The translations under genes were made by a program, and so were the position numbers. This document shows, piece after piece, positions 1 to 9,961 of a stretch of DNA of 64,000 nt. The DNA is taken from assembly GCA_036918135.1 (NCBI GenBank), contig JBALDB010000005.1, positions 145,073-209,072 on the forward strand, in the 5' to 3' direction. Each line of letters opens with the position of its first letter. Positions within the stretch are counted from its first letter, which is position 1. The notes beneath the pieces are model-generated. The model ran no database searches. It was not told where the DNA came from and saw nothing but the letters and a program-made list of their open reading frames with translations. This DNA is from Nostoc sp. Lineage in GTDB: Bacteria; Cyanobacteriota; Cyanobacteriia; Cyanobacteriales; Nostocaceae.

Positions 1-754
1 GAATGGTGATAATATCTTCTTTAGGAAAGCCAGAACTTTGTGTTCCCCACGTTCCAGAAACAGAAGTGAGATAATCTCCTGCGGCTAAAGCAAATGTACT
101 GAGATTGTTTGCCTCGCCTACTGCTTCAGGAGGATTCGTTGTCGGGTTTTCATACTCGACTTGAATCTTGTCCACTGCCCAATCCGCACTCACGTTAATA
201 CTTTTAATCTTAGTTGCGGTTGTGTTTTCGGGTAGAGTTGAAAAATCGGTACCGGAGATTGAGCTGCCTACTGGGCCAACTTGTGTAATTACAGGGGCAT
301 TGCTTTCTAAAATCCACCAATCTTTAATATTCTCTGCTGTCGTGATGAAGCCAACATACTCGGTATCAGCACACAGGTTTTGATTAGTGTATGAACAGTT
401 GGTGAGGTAAACCCGATCGCCATAGCTTATTGAACCCTCACCAGAAACTTTGGTAATTACCCAGCTTTGTTTGTCTTCACTCCAGCCATCTTCCGAATAG
501 TAGCAATCGTGACTATCGGCAAAAGCCCCCAAAATATCATTATTATCTTTTAAAGGTTCTTTGGTTTTGATTTTGATGCGACTTTGCGATTCCACCACCT
601 GACCTTCGTTACCTACAAGTTGAAGCGTCACTTTTTGCGTTGTGTCTCCTAACTGTGGCCAGTTGTATGTTCCACGACCAACAGGAACTATATATTGATC
701 TGTTGAGTGCTTGAGATAAAAAGTGTCACCAAATTTAACGGTATTATCAGCCAT
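1..754 (-). CDS. Jacalin-like lectin domain protein with an N-terminal beta-trefoil-like region (3' end outside window; absent from ORF track)
   Basis: Manual translation from ATG 754 (GAGG upstream): MADNTVKFGDTFYLKH...GPVGSSISGTDF...IKSINVSADWAVDKIQVEY...FALAAGDYLTSVSGTWG...IITI; frame open to base 1. The C-terminal pattern resembles jacalin beta-prism lectins. Confidence 0.7.
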   Translation of the reverse strand, partial: MADNTVKFGDTFYLKHSTDQYIVPVGRGTYNWPQLGDTTQKVTLQLVGNEGQVVESQSRIKIKTKEPLKDNNDILGAFADSHDCYYSEDGWSEDKQSWVITKVSGEGSISYGDRVYLTNCSYTNQNLCADTEYVGFITTAENIKDWWILESNAPVITQVGPVGSSISGTDFSTLPENTTATKIKSINVSADWAVDKIQVEYENPTTNPPEAVGEANNLSTFALAAGDYLTSVSGTWGTQSSGFPKEDIITI

Positions 755-821
755 AATGTTCCTCTAAAGAGTAAGAAAAGTAATTTGGATCGAGAATTTT
801 GTGAAATGGTATCAAGAGAAA

Positions 822-1052
822 TTAGAGAAACGCCATGCCAGTTAAAGAGTCAAAGCAACCATAGCCAGAAGTTTTTAGTTGGTTATAGTTGCGGTTCTCA
901 AAGGCTACCGGATCGTTAAAGTTTGCGCCGTGCAGCAATTTTATCCGAATGTTAACTAACTCTTCGACGCTGCCATGAACTACATCAACGGCTTCATGTG
1001 GCTGGATTAAATCAGGACGTTTTATTGGGGGGGATTGTTTAGGAAGTTTCAT
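822..1052 (-). CDS. patB: Cyanobactin PatB/AcyB/McaB family protein
   Basis: MKLPKQSPPIKRPDLIQPHEAVD..HG...LLHGANFNDP matches the PatB family; cluster context. Confidence 0.85.
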   Translation of the reverse strand: MKLPKQSPPIKRPDLIQPHEAVDVVHGSVEELVNIRIKLLHGANFNDPVAFENRNYNQLKTSGYGCFDSLTGMAFL

Positions 1053-1125
1053 TGTTAGGTTTTTTTAAGTGAATTGGGGTGTATTTAAGCTTGGATAATG
1101 CAAGTCGCGTGAATACTCTTAATCT

Positions 1126-1905
1126 ATGTCGAGAAAATGTCGTCACTTCCAGACTGGGTATGCTTGCCACGTCACAATTCGTTGCAATAATCGAGAATTT
1201 AAACTGCAATAGCTAGAATGCCGCGAAGTATTTCTCTATGCCATCAAACAAGCTATCGACAAATTTAAATTTAAGCTGTACGCAGTCTGCATCATGTCAA
1301 ATCACATCCACTACTTGATTGAACCTGCTCAATTTGATGATTTGCCAAAAATTATGCATTTCCTCAATTGGTATACTGCGATGTGCTTTAACCGGATGCT
1401 AAATCGCACGGGGCACTTTTGGGAGAAGCGATATTTTTGTGATGGCTTTCCCGCCTCAGATCGAGAACGGGCGCTCAACACACTGCGCTACATCCACGGA
1501 AACCTTAAATCAGCCAAAATTCGTTCGGGCTTTTTCTACGAGTTCAGCAATTACGGCAGCTATGACCAATTGACCCATGATGGCTTAACTCAATGGCATC
1601 CGGCATTCTTAACCCTTGGCAACAGTTTGGAAGACTGTGCCCGAAAGTACCGGGGATTTTGCAGGCGATACCAACAGAAAAGTAAGCCAGCGAGAAAGTG
1701 CTATTGGGGGAATAAACTTTTAGCTGGCTTGAACCTCAAGGGAGTCAAAAGCAGTGAAAAATCTCAACGATCAACTTCTGCTCCTTCCTCCCCTGCTCCC
1801 TTTCTCCCCATCCCATCATCACGGTGCCCACGGAGGTGCCAGGTATCGCAAAGCGCGAAGCGATCGCACCATCACCAGAAGCAGAAAAACGAAGTCAGTC
1901 CTTAA
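1126..1905 (+). pseudogene. REP-associated/IS200-like (Y1 HUH) tyrosine transposase, disrupted
   Basis: ATG 1126 MSRKCRHFQTGYACHVTIRCNNREF is in frame with ORF 1294 (MSNHIHY HUH motif, GHFWEKRY, LRYIHGN); in-frame TAG at 1210-1212. Confidence 0.8.
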
Positions 1906-2018
1906 TCATTTCCCGATTTTTCTGTCTCTCTCCCCATCATGGTGCGGCCAAAAGCCTCGTGATTCAATCCGCTCGAACCAGGCTCATAGACTGGGAAAGA
2001 AGTAATTTTGAGGGTAAC

Positions 2019-2231
2019 TTACTCCACGTCTTCTCCGTTATAAGAACACATCCCCATCAACTGATCGTCTTCATTACCCGTATTTGATGGTAGTACAGCT
2101 CCCATAGTAGGAGCATCAGCAAATTGGGATAGGGTAAATTCAGATAGTTCTGCTAGTTGAGTCGGTAGCTGTCCCGTTGCGATCCGGTTGACGGGTTGAG
2201 CGGGTTGTGGCATCAGGTTTTGTTTGTCCAT
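2019..2231 (-). CDS. Cyanobactin precursor peptide (PatE-type); predicted core NTGNEDDQLMGMC
   Basis: Leader MDKQNLMPQ..QPVNR..TGQLP, RSI-like LAELSEFTL, RSII AVLPS, follower SYNGEDVE; GGAG SD. Confidence 0.85.
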   Translation of the reverse strand: MDKQNLMPQPAQPVNRIATGQLPTQLAELSEFTLSQFADAPTMGAVLPSNTGNEDDQLMGMCSYNGEDVE

Positions 2232-2540
2232 GAGTTGATTCTCCGTTTTTGTGGTTAGTTGATGTCCCGTTGTTGAGCCTCCCTTGCTTTCTATGTCTAA
2301 TCTCAGTGCTGTGGGAAGCTAAATCCCTAGATGCAGATTTTTAGGAAGCAGGAAAAACGTGTTTTAGTCTCCCCCACTTCCCTTAGTTACTCATTTTCCT
2401 CATCCTTCCCTACCTCCAAACCGGAGGTCACGGAAAGCCCCCAGATGAGGGCAATTGATAAGAGATTCATTCTTTACGAATTAGGCTCCCAGACAAAGAA
2501 AAGAGAGATTAGAGGGAGAAACGACGTGTAGAATTAAGCC

Positions 2541-2768
2541 CTATTCCTCGTCGCCATCATAAGAACAGACCCTTAAGCACACTCTGTAACCAAAAAGAGT
2601 ACCAGGAGTTTCCGTCTGAAACGATGCTAGTACAGATGCACTAGAAGCCTCATCACCATACAGTTGCAAAGCTTCTTCCGACAGTTCTGCCAGTTCCGGA
2701 GGCACTTGTCCGCTTGCGATCCGGTTGACGGGCTGGGCAGCTTGTGGCATTAGGTTTTTCTTGTCCAT
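2541..2768 (-). CDS. Cyanobactin precursor peptide (PatE-type); predicted core FQTETPGTLFGYRVCLRVC
   Basis: Leader MDKKNLMPQ, canonical RSI LAELSEEAL, RSII SVLAS, RSIII SYDGDEE. Confidence 0.9.
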   Translation of the reverse strand: MDKKNLMPQAAQPVNRIASGQVPPELAELSEEALQLYGDEASSASVLASFQTETPGTLFGYRVCLRVCSYDGDEE

Positions 2769-2959
2769 GAGTTGATTCTCCGTTTTGTGGTTGGTGTCCC
2801 GTTGTCGAGCCGTTGCTCAGTCGGCAGGTCTGACCGCTTTGTGAGGGTAATGGGAAGAAGTGATAGATAATTTTTCCCCTGCCCCTACTCCTCTTTTCCA
2901 GGTGAGAGCAATCGGTCGAGATTGATAGAATAGTAGAACTCTATCCAGGATTGTGTTCC

Positions 2960-3262
2960 ATGTCGCATACTCTGATTGATATTGGACAGTTGATTGAGGT
3001 TGCTCTCGATCACCACGGTAGTCGTCCAGTAATTGCAGGCACAGGTACGTCTGTTCGGCAGATTGTAGCTCTGTATAAGCAGGGTTATAGTGCCGATGAA
3101 ATAGTAATGGATAAGAGTTACCTGACACTGGCTCAAGTTCACGCTGCCTTGGCATATTACTACGCCAATCAATCCGCCATTGATACTGACCTAGATGCCG
3201 AAGCCCAAGAGTACGATCGCCTAGTGACCATGCACCGAGAATTCTTGCAGGGGAAAGAATGA
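2960..3262 (+). CDS. DUF433 family antitoxin
   Basis: GSRPVIAGTGTSVRQIV..YKQGYSADEI...LTLAQVHAALAYY; ATGA overlap with the next gene. Confidence 0.85.
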   Translation: MSHTLIDIGQLIEVALDHHGSRPVIAGTGTSVRQIVALYKQGYSADEIVMDKSYLTLAQVHAALAYYYANQSAIDTDLDAEAQEYDRLVTMHREFLQGKE

Positions 3263-3624
3263 GCCAAATTAGTCTGTACTTAGACGAGGATGCAACCCAC
3301 AATCGACTGTTGCAAGCACTTCGCAATCGAGGAGCTGATGTCATCTCCACCGCCGAAGCAGGGCGACTATCCAAGTCAGATGCAGACCAATTAGAATGGG
3401 TGTTTGTCAATCGAAGAGTCATTTACAGCTTTAATGTTAGAGATTTTTACCGACTTCACACAGAATGGCTAGAACAAAGTAAATCTCATGCTGGCATCAT
3501 CTTGGGCAAGCAAGATTATACGATTGGGGATCAGATGCGGGGATTGTTGCAGTTGATAGCTACAAAATCTTTAGAGGACATGGAGAATCACATAGAGTTT
3601 TTGGGAGAGTGGATTAAACGGTAG
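3259..3624 (+). CDS. DUF5615 PIN-like toxin
   Basis: LYLDED...LRNRGADV...SDADQL...RRVIYSFNVRDF...HAGII; coupled to DUF433. Confidence 0.85.
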   Translation: MSQISLYLDEDATHNRLLQALRNRGADVISTAEAGRLSKSDADQLEWVFVNRRVIYSFNVRDFYRLHTEWLEQSKSHAGIILGKQDYTIGDQMRGLLQLIATKSLEDMENHIEFLGEWIKR

Positions 3625-3699
3625 TGAAAGATTTGGAGAGCAATTGGGGAAATAAACTCCTAGCAGGTAATTTTCCCCCTACACCCTGCCCTGCGTTCC

Positions 3700-5727
3700 C
3701 TAATACGGCGTAGACCAAGTTCTCACATCGCCCAGCGTTACCGGAATCAAATCGCTGACATCAATCGTGAACCGGAACACCTTTTTGGCACGGCGACTGT
3801 TTTCCGGGTCAAAGAACTTCAGCTTCACATCCCAACAATCGCTATCTACCCGACAGAAGGGACTTTTCTCTACCGTGATGCTGTCTAGTTCCATGCCGGT
3901 TGCTACGGCTTCGGCAAACGTGGAAGCCGCCTGGAAGGCATTCGTCGCTGCAAAGTTGAGCGCCCGGTCTTGTGACGTGGTGCCGAGATTTCGTAAATCG
4001 TAGTAAATCCGGTTGAGGAAACTACTCAACGTGCGCCGAATCGGGTCTTCTTGGGCATCTCCGACGGTGGTTTGTACTGTCTGGATGGCAGCAGATACGA
4101 GTGTATTTATCTTCCAGCCATACATTCCTCGCGGGTTTTGCGGTGCCAGCAAAGGCACAGTCTGCCCAGAAAACAGCTTGACGGTGCGTCCGGTCAAAAC
4201 TCCCGGAATACTCACCCGCTCTACATATTCTTCGCTGCTTTCCGCTTGAATTTGCCCTGCCAATAGTTCTTGCAAAACGGCGTAGGTGTCTCGCGCAAAT
4301 GCTCCTTGGGGTTCGATCGCATAAATTGGCGTCAATTCGATGTTCAATGTCCAAATGAGCGATCGCGATTCTGAAGGACTTACCGCCAAGTAATCCACCA
4401 TCTGCCTTGCATCATAAGGGTTTGCTGGCACTACAATCCCATTGATGTTGTAGGCAGGCATCAGTTGTTTAAAAGAATCTCGCCTTGCTTCAGAGCCAAA
4501 GTCATAGCCAAGCGTCCCCAAAGCATACACCAGTTGACTCTCAGCAATTTCGCTGGGAGCTTGACTAGCTGTGACAAAGTTCGAGGTAGATTGAGTCATA
4601 GTGGGTACTTGTTGAGTCCTTGAGTGTGTGGATGGGGTAGCTGAGGAGACATTTGAGGGAGCGATTGAAGCAGCCGATTGAGACTGGTTTACAGGTGCAA
4701 CGGCAAGGGTGGCGGCAGGTTCCACGGCTGTAGGTGTCTGCGCGAGGGATGCAACATCGATTAAGTCATCAACAGGGCGATCGGATGATTCGACCTGGCT
4801 TTGTTGGGTTCCACCACAGCCGCAGCCAGAAGCAGCAACCGCTGACAAAGTATCTGACACAGTTCCTCCAAATAAGTATTCAAGAGTTCCAGAGATATTG
4901 AGTTTGCCAACCAAACAGCGACTTGCATCGGTTGTATCGGCTGGCGTACAGGGCAAAGCACTATTTAAGATTGCCGCCCTGACTTTTTGGGGATCGGGTG
5001 TTTCGCCCCGCTGAATTTGCAAACTTAATAGCAGTGCTGCTACTCCCGTGGCGATCGGTGTAGCAAAACTAGTTCCACTCAACCGAGTTGTTCCGCCTCC
5101 TGGTTTTGCCCCCAAGATATTTTCGCCCGGTGCCAAAATGCCTTGAGCTTGGTAAGTTTTGCCCCAGTTGCTAAAGGCGATCGGCTTACCTTCGTCGTCC
5201 ATTGCCCCAACCGCTAACACAGCTGGCAAAGCTGCCGGAACGTGTAAACAAGCACAACCATCATTGCCTGCTGCTGCCACAATCAGCACATTTTTTTCTT
5301 GACAAAGCTGCACCGCTCGCTTCAACCATCCTTCTGCCTCACCTTCATCGGTAAGTTGCCCACCGCTAATATTGATGATGTGCGCCCCCGCGTTGACCGC
5401 TTGCTCGATCGCTCTGGCTAAATCGAGTTGGGACAACTGCCGTCCGGCATCTGCAAACACCGGTACGATTAATCCTTTACATTCAGGGGCAATTCCCCTA
5501 ACAGTGCTACCCGACTGACCAAAGATGATGCTGGCTACATGAGTGCCATGCAGAGACATCTCACCATGAGGATTTGCTTCCCCAGTAACCAGCGTCGGTA
5601 GCTGGATCAAGTCTGCTCCCACAAAACAGGGATGCTTCAAATCAGTCAGTCCGTCGAGTACAGCAATGCAAATTTGTGGGCTACCAGAGGTTTTTGCCCA
5701 TAGTGGAGCCAGAGGTAAAAGATTCAT
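3700..5727 (-). CDS. patA: Cyanobactin maturation protease PatA (S8 subtilisin plus C-terminal PatA/PatG DUF)
   Basis: Triad motifs VLDG, HGTHVAS, GTSFA; low-complexity linker; C-domain VYALGTLGYDFGSEARRDSF...RALNFAATN...DVSDLIPVTLG. Confidence 0.92.
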   Translation of the reverse strand: MNLLPLAPLWAKTSGSPQICIAVLDGLTDLKHPCFVGADLIQLPTLVTGEANPHGEMSLHGTHVASIIFGQSGSTVRGIAPECKGLIVPVFADAGRQLSQLDLARAIEQAVNAGAHIINISGGQLTDEGEAEGWLKRAVQLCQEKNVLIVAAAGNDGCACLHVPAALPAVLAVGAMDDEGKPIAFSNWGKTYQAQGILAPGENILGAKPGGGTTRLSGTSFATPIATGVAALLLSLQIQRGETPDPQKVRAAILNSALPCTPADTTDASRCLVGKLNISGTLEYLFGGTVSDTLSAVAASGCGCGGTQQSQVESSDRPVDDLIDVASLAQTPTAVEPAATLAVAPVNQSQSAASIAPSNVSSATPSTHSRTQQVPTMTQSTSNFVTASQAPSEIAESQLVYALGTLGYDFGSEARRDSFKQLMPAYNINGIVVPANPYDARQMVDYLAVSPSESRSLIWTLNIELTPIYAIEPQGAFARDTYAVLQELLAGQIQAESSEEYVERVSIPGVLTGRTVKLFSGQTVPLLAPQNPRGMYGWKINTLVSAAIQTVQTTVGDAQEDPIRRTLSSFLNRIYYDLRNLGTTSQDRALNFAATNAFQAASTFAEAVATGMELDSITVEKSPFCRVDSDCWDVKLKFFDPENSRRAKKVFRFTIDVSDLIPVTLGDVRTWSTPY

Positions 5728-5991
5728 TTGTCAAGAGCGATCGGAGGCTGTTAGATTTTCACTGAACAAATCACATCGTGTTAGAGAATGTTTGAAAAGT
5801 CCTTTTCTTGGTAGCAAAACGTTTTAGATAACTCATTATCTCCCTTAAAAAGTAAGGCTGATTCATTGCTAAAAAGCTTTATAAATCATATTTATAGCAA
5901 TTTAAAATTTATTATTTTATTAACTACCTATCTATTAAACAGACCATTACATTGTTATTTATATACTTAAAATTCTATTCAATCACCACCC

Positions 5992-6157
5992 AGAGAGCCT
6001 ATTTATAAAGTAAATATTAAGTAAGGTGTGTTACAGCTATGCAAGGATTTTGAAGTTTGAGAGAGTGAGGATTAGCCGCAGGGCACCATCTCTGTTGGTG
6101 CGTTCAGCGTTGCTATAACACACCCTAAAATTTAAGTTTACTTTATAAATCATCTCT
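5992..6157. repeat. Nested inverted-repeat miniature element
   Basis: Outer arms agag..tatttataaagtaaa / tttactttataaat..ctct; inner arms aggtgtgttacagc / gctataacacaccct. Confidence 0.55.
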
Positions 6158-7366
6158 AAATATTACCTGTACATTTTAATTCTCCATCAACATTTTCAAG
6201 TCCATTTAAGACAATTGAGGTTTTGTTTGGTGATTTATTTATCGAGCTTTTCACAAGTGGTTGATAGGACATTTCCATTAACAGAAACTTCGTGTAAATT
6301 TTTTGAAAGCTACTACTCATCAGATTTTACTCCTTCTACTTTGTTAGTAAATACTTAGTAATTTAATACTATACACACATTACAATAGCAAGTCAAAATA
6401 CATATTAATCTTTTACAAAAATATAACGAACTTGTAAAAATAAAATAACCACATTATTAATTTGATTAATTGACAATTTATAAATTATCTGCGTTAGCAA
6501 ATATCAAATAACTATATTATTAACAATATTAATTGACTAATAATAAATTATATGCAGGAAAAATTATATAGCGTTTGGCGTTGTTGTGGAATAAGCCAAA
6601 CTAGCACTTAATCTGAAAATAGTCATAACCATGACTGCGACCCCAACCAAGGTTAACCCAAAGCTTTTATAAATAGGCTTTATATTTTCATTATAAGAAT
6701 TCCTCTTTTTTAGTTTGAGACGAGATAAATACATAAAAGGTTTAAATTTTTCATTTTCCTGTTATTAACATAAAAACTAACTTTTATGCTCGATAGAAAT
6801 ACTGTACATACATCACACTATTAAATCTGAACTCATAATAATCTTTAACAAAAATGAAATTAATTTTTACTGATAAAATAATTCTATTATGAAAATTATT
6901 GATTGACTTTAATTAAAATGTATGCATGAAAAAAGAGAAGTTTGTCTAACAATATTAATATTATTAATTGACTAATAATAAATTGTGTGCATCAAAAAGT
7001 ATAATAATTAGAGATTGAGATAAAAAACTAAGTACATCCCTTTGATGGAGTCTACTTTTTAGATGCTAATAACATCATCTTTGGTACAGTTTGGTGGCGT
7101 TGTCAGCGCTCTACTCAGTAAGAAGCTTGAGACGATGCTGACTAGAGTCTTCATCAGCCCTGTGAGTAAAGGAGTTGTAGGGGGATGGCGAGCAAAGCAA
7201 GAAAGAGAGAAACAAGGTAATTTCATCTTGTAGTCTTTTTATCCTGTGTGCCTGTGCCTTTGTTTGTAAATATTATCTAGCTATATTGATTACGCAGACT
7301 TAATACGATTAATTATCGTCAAAATCCAAACTAGCAATTATAAATTGCAAATTTTTATGAGCATTT

Positions 7367-9898
7367 ATGCATATTTATCGTTACCTGATTTTAGGGCTAC
7401 TAATTTTTTTCTTAATAACAACTGTATTACCAGCCACCGCAGAGGATTCTATTTCCCCAACTCAATCTCAAGTCATCTTACTGGAACAAGGAAAACAACT
7501 TTATGATGCCGGGAAGTTGGCACAAGCAGCACAAGTTTGGGAACAAGCAGCTCAAATATTTCAGCAAACCAAACAGCAGCACTATCAAGTATTAAGTTAC
7601 AACTACCTAGCTATTGTTTATCAAGATTTAGGTAAATGGTCAGCAGCGCGATCGCTCCTTACCCAAGCACAGAATATCCTCAAAACAATAGATGATTCCT
7701 TCCTTTACGCCCAAGTTCTCAACACCCAAGGAAGTTTAGAATTAAATACTGGTCAACCGGAAATAGCCTTAGAAACTTGGCAGCAGGCAGAGAAAACCTA
7801 TCGTTCCCTCAAGGATGTGACAGGGATTATACTATCGCAGATTAACCAAGCCCAAGCTTTGCAGACATTGGGAGAGTATCGACGCGCCCAAAAGCAGCTA
7901 GAACAAATCAATCAAGACCTTGCTGTTTTACCTGATAATCTCCTAAAAGCCAGGGGATTGCGGAGTTTAGGCGTAACTCTGCAAGTAGTGGGAGATTTAG
8001 AGCGATCGCAACAAGTATTATTGCAAAGTTTAGCGATCGCAAAGCAAGTAAATTCTAACGCAGATATCGCCGAAACCTTATTCAGACTGGGAAATACCGC
8101 AAGAGCTAGGGAAGATTTTCCAGCTGCCTTAGAATTTTATCAGCAAGCAAGTAGTAGTAGTGAGGAGCGTACTCAACTAGAAGCGCTCCTCAACCAACTT
8201 AGCCTGTTAATAACAACTAAGCAAAATCAAGCCGCACTAGGATTATTACCGCAAATTCAAGCGCATCTTGCTAACTTAGCTCCCAGTCGTTGGGGAATTT
8301 ACGCCCAGGTTAATTTAGCAGCAAATTGGATCGAACTGTCTTCATCAAATACAATAGACATTGCTCAACTTTTGGCAAAAGCAGTCAAACAAGCCAAAGA
8401 ATTAACAGATACAAGAGCGCAAAGTTATGCTTTAGGAGAGTTAGGACATCTCTATGAACAAACTCAGCAATTCTCACAAGCCCTAACTCTCACCCAAACA
8501 GCACTATCTTTGGCCCAGGGAGTACATGCAGATGATATTGCCATCAATTGGTTGTGGCAGCAAGGGCGAATCGAGAAAGCTAGAGGGAATGTCGAGACAG
8601 CAATTACTGCTTACGAACAAGCTGTTGATTCTTTAACATCTGTGCGTCAAGACTTAGTGCAACTAAATCCTGATGTCCAGTTTTCTTTTCGCGATCGTGT
8701 TGAACCAGTATATCGACAGCTAGTACAATTACTTTTGCAAGATGTTGATAGCCTTTCGCAAACCACTAAACAACAACATTTAGAGAAATCTCGCAAAACA
8801 ATTGAAGCACTGCAACTAGCAGAGTTAGAAAACTTCTTCCGCGAAACCTGCTTAACTTATAAACCCCAACCCATAGATACAATTGACACAAAAGCAGCAG
8901 TAATTTATCCAATTCTGCTAGAAAATCGTTTGGAAGTAATTGCTTCTCTGCCAGGACGACCTTTGCAGCATTATGGAACAAACCTTTCCTCAAAAGAGGA
9001 ATCAAACGTTTTTGATGAACTACGTCAGTCTTTAAACCCTACTTTCTTGCCTGAGGAAATACTACCTTCTGCTCAGAAATTATATGATTGGTTATTGCGT
9101 CCTGCCGAAAAAGAAATAGAAATTCAAGGCATAAAAACTTTAGTATTTGTCTTAGATGGTTTTTTGCGTAGTTTACCAATGGCAGTTCTCCACGACCGCC
9201 AACAGTTTCTCATTCAAAAGTACAGCATAGGATTGACTCCTGGTTTGCAACTATTAGAATCACGCCATCTTCCTCCCCAACAGTTTCAAGCTTTAACTGC
9301 AGGTTTATCACAAGCACGTCAAGGCTTTGCTGAGTTACCTGGTGTCAAACAAGAAATCAAACAAATTGCTAACTATGTTCGTGCAAAGGTACTACTCAAT
9401 GAAAAATTTACTCGCCCCAACGTCCAAAAGCAAATAGAAGAAATTCCCTTTTCAATAATTCATCTTGCTACCCACGGCGAATTTAGCTCTCAAGCCGAAG
9501 ACACATTTTTGCTGACTTGGGAAGACCGCATTAATGTTAAAGATTTAGATAAATGGTTAAAAAGCAAATCATCAAAACTGCGCCAAAATGGAACTTCTCA
9601 ACCAATTGAACTGTTAATTCTTAGTGCTTGTCAAACTGCTAAGGGCGATAATCGTGCCGCCTTGGGATTAGCAGGAATTGCTGTGCGTTCTGGTGCTAGA
9701 AGTACCTTAGCAACCCTTTGGTCAGTACAAGACCAATCAACTGCTGACTTAATAGCAGATTTTTATCGTCTGCTTACCCAAACTGGACTCAGCAAAGCTG
9801 AAGCACTGCGCCAAGCACAACTATCTTTATTAAATTATCCTCAATACAAACATCCTTATTATTGGTCTGGGTTTGTATTAGTAGGAAATTGGCTCTAA
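7367..9898 (+). CDS. TPR-repeat CHAT domain (caspase-HetF) protein, signal peptide
   Basis: Hydrophobic N-terminus, TPRs, HLATHG and LSACQT dyad, HPYYWSGFVLVGNWL end. Confidence 0.9.
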   Translation: MHIYRYLILGLLIFFLITTVLPATAEDSISPTQSQVILLEQGKQLYDAGKLAQAAQVWEQAAQIFQQTKQQHYQVLSYNYLAIVYQDLGKWSAARSLLTQAQNILKTIDDSFLYAQVLNTQGSLELNTGQPEIALETWQQAEKTYRSLKDVTGIILSQINQAQALQTLGEYRRAQKQLEQINQDLAVLPDNLLKARGLRSLGVTLQVVGDLERSQQVLLQSLAIAKQVNSNADIAETLFRLGNTARAREDFPAALEFYQQASSSSEERTQLEALLNQLSLLITTKQNQAALGLLPQIQAHLANLAPSRWGIYAQVNLAANWIELSSSNTIDIAQLLAKAVKQAKELTDTRAQSYALGELGHLYEQTQQFSQALTLTQTALSLAQGVHADDIAINWLWQQGRIEKARGNVETAITAYEQAVDSLTSVRQDLVQLNPDVQFSFRDRVEPVYRQLVQLLLQDVDSLSQTTKQQHLEKSRKTIEALQLAELENFFRETCLTYKPQPIDTIDTKAAVIYPILLENRLEVIASLPGRPLQHYGTNLSSKEESNVFDELRQSLNPTFLPEEILPSAQKLYDWLLRPAEKEIEIQGIKTLVFVLDGFLRSLPMAVLHDRQQFLIQKYSIGLTPGLQLLESRHLPPQQFQALTAGLSQARQGFAELPGVKQEIKQIANYVRAKVLLNEKFTRPNVQKQIEEIPFSIIHLATHGEFSSQAEDTFLLTWEDRINVKDLDKWLKSKSSKLRQNGTSQPIELLILSACQTAKGDNRAALGLAGIAVRSGARSTLATLWSVQDQSTADLIADFYRLLTQTGLSKAEALRQAQLSLLNYPQYKHPYYWSGFVLVGNWL

Positions 9899-9961
9899 CA
9901 ACTCGGAAAATTATCTAGATTTCTACCCGATAAACCAACAACTTTAATTAATATCTTTTTT

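Noticed and set aside
2817..3422. 201-aa minus-strand ORF and other short antisense ORFs in the track
   Set aside because: Shadows of better-supported genes on the opposite strand; no recognisable motifs.
3700..5727. PatG macrocyclase
   Set aside because: No oxidase domain and no long helical insertion between the catalytic Asp and His; fits PatA.
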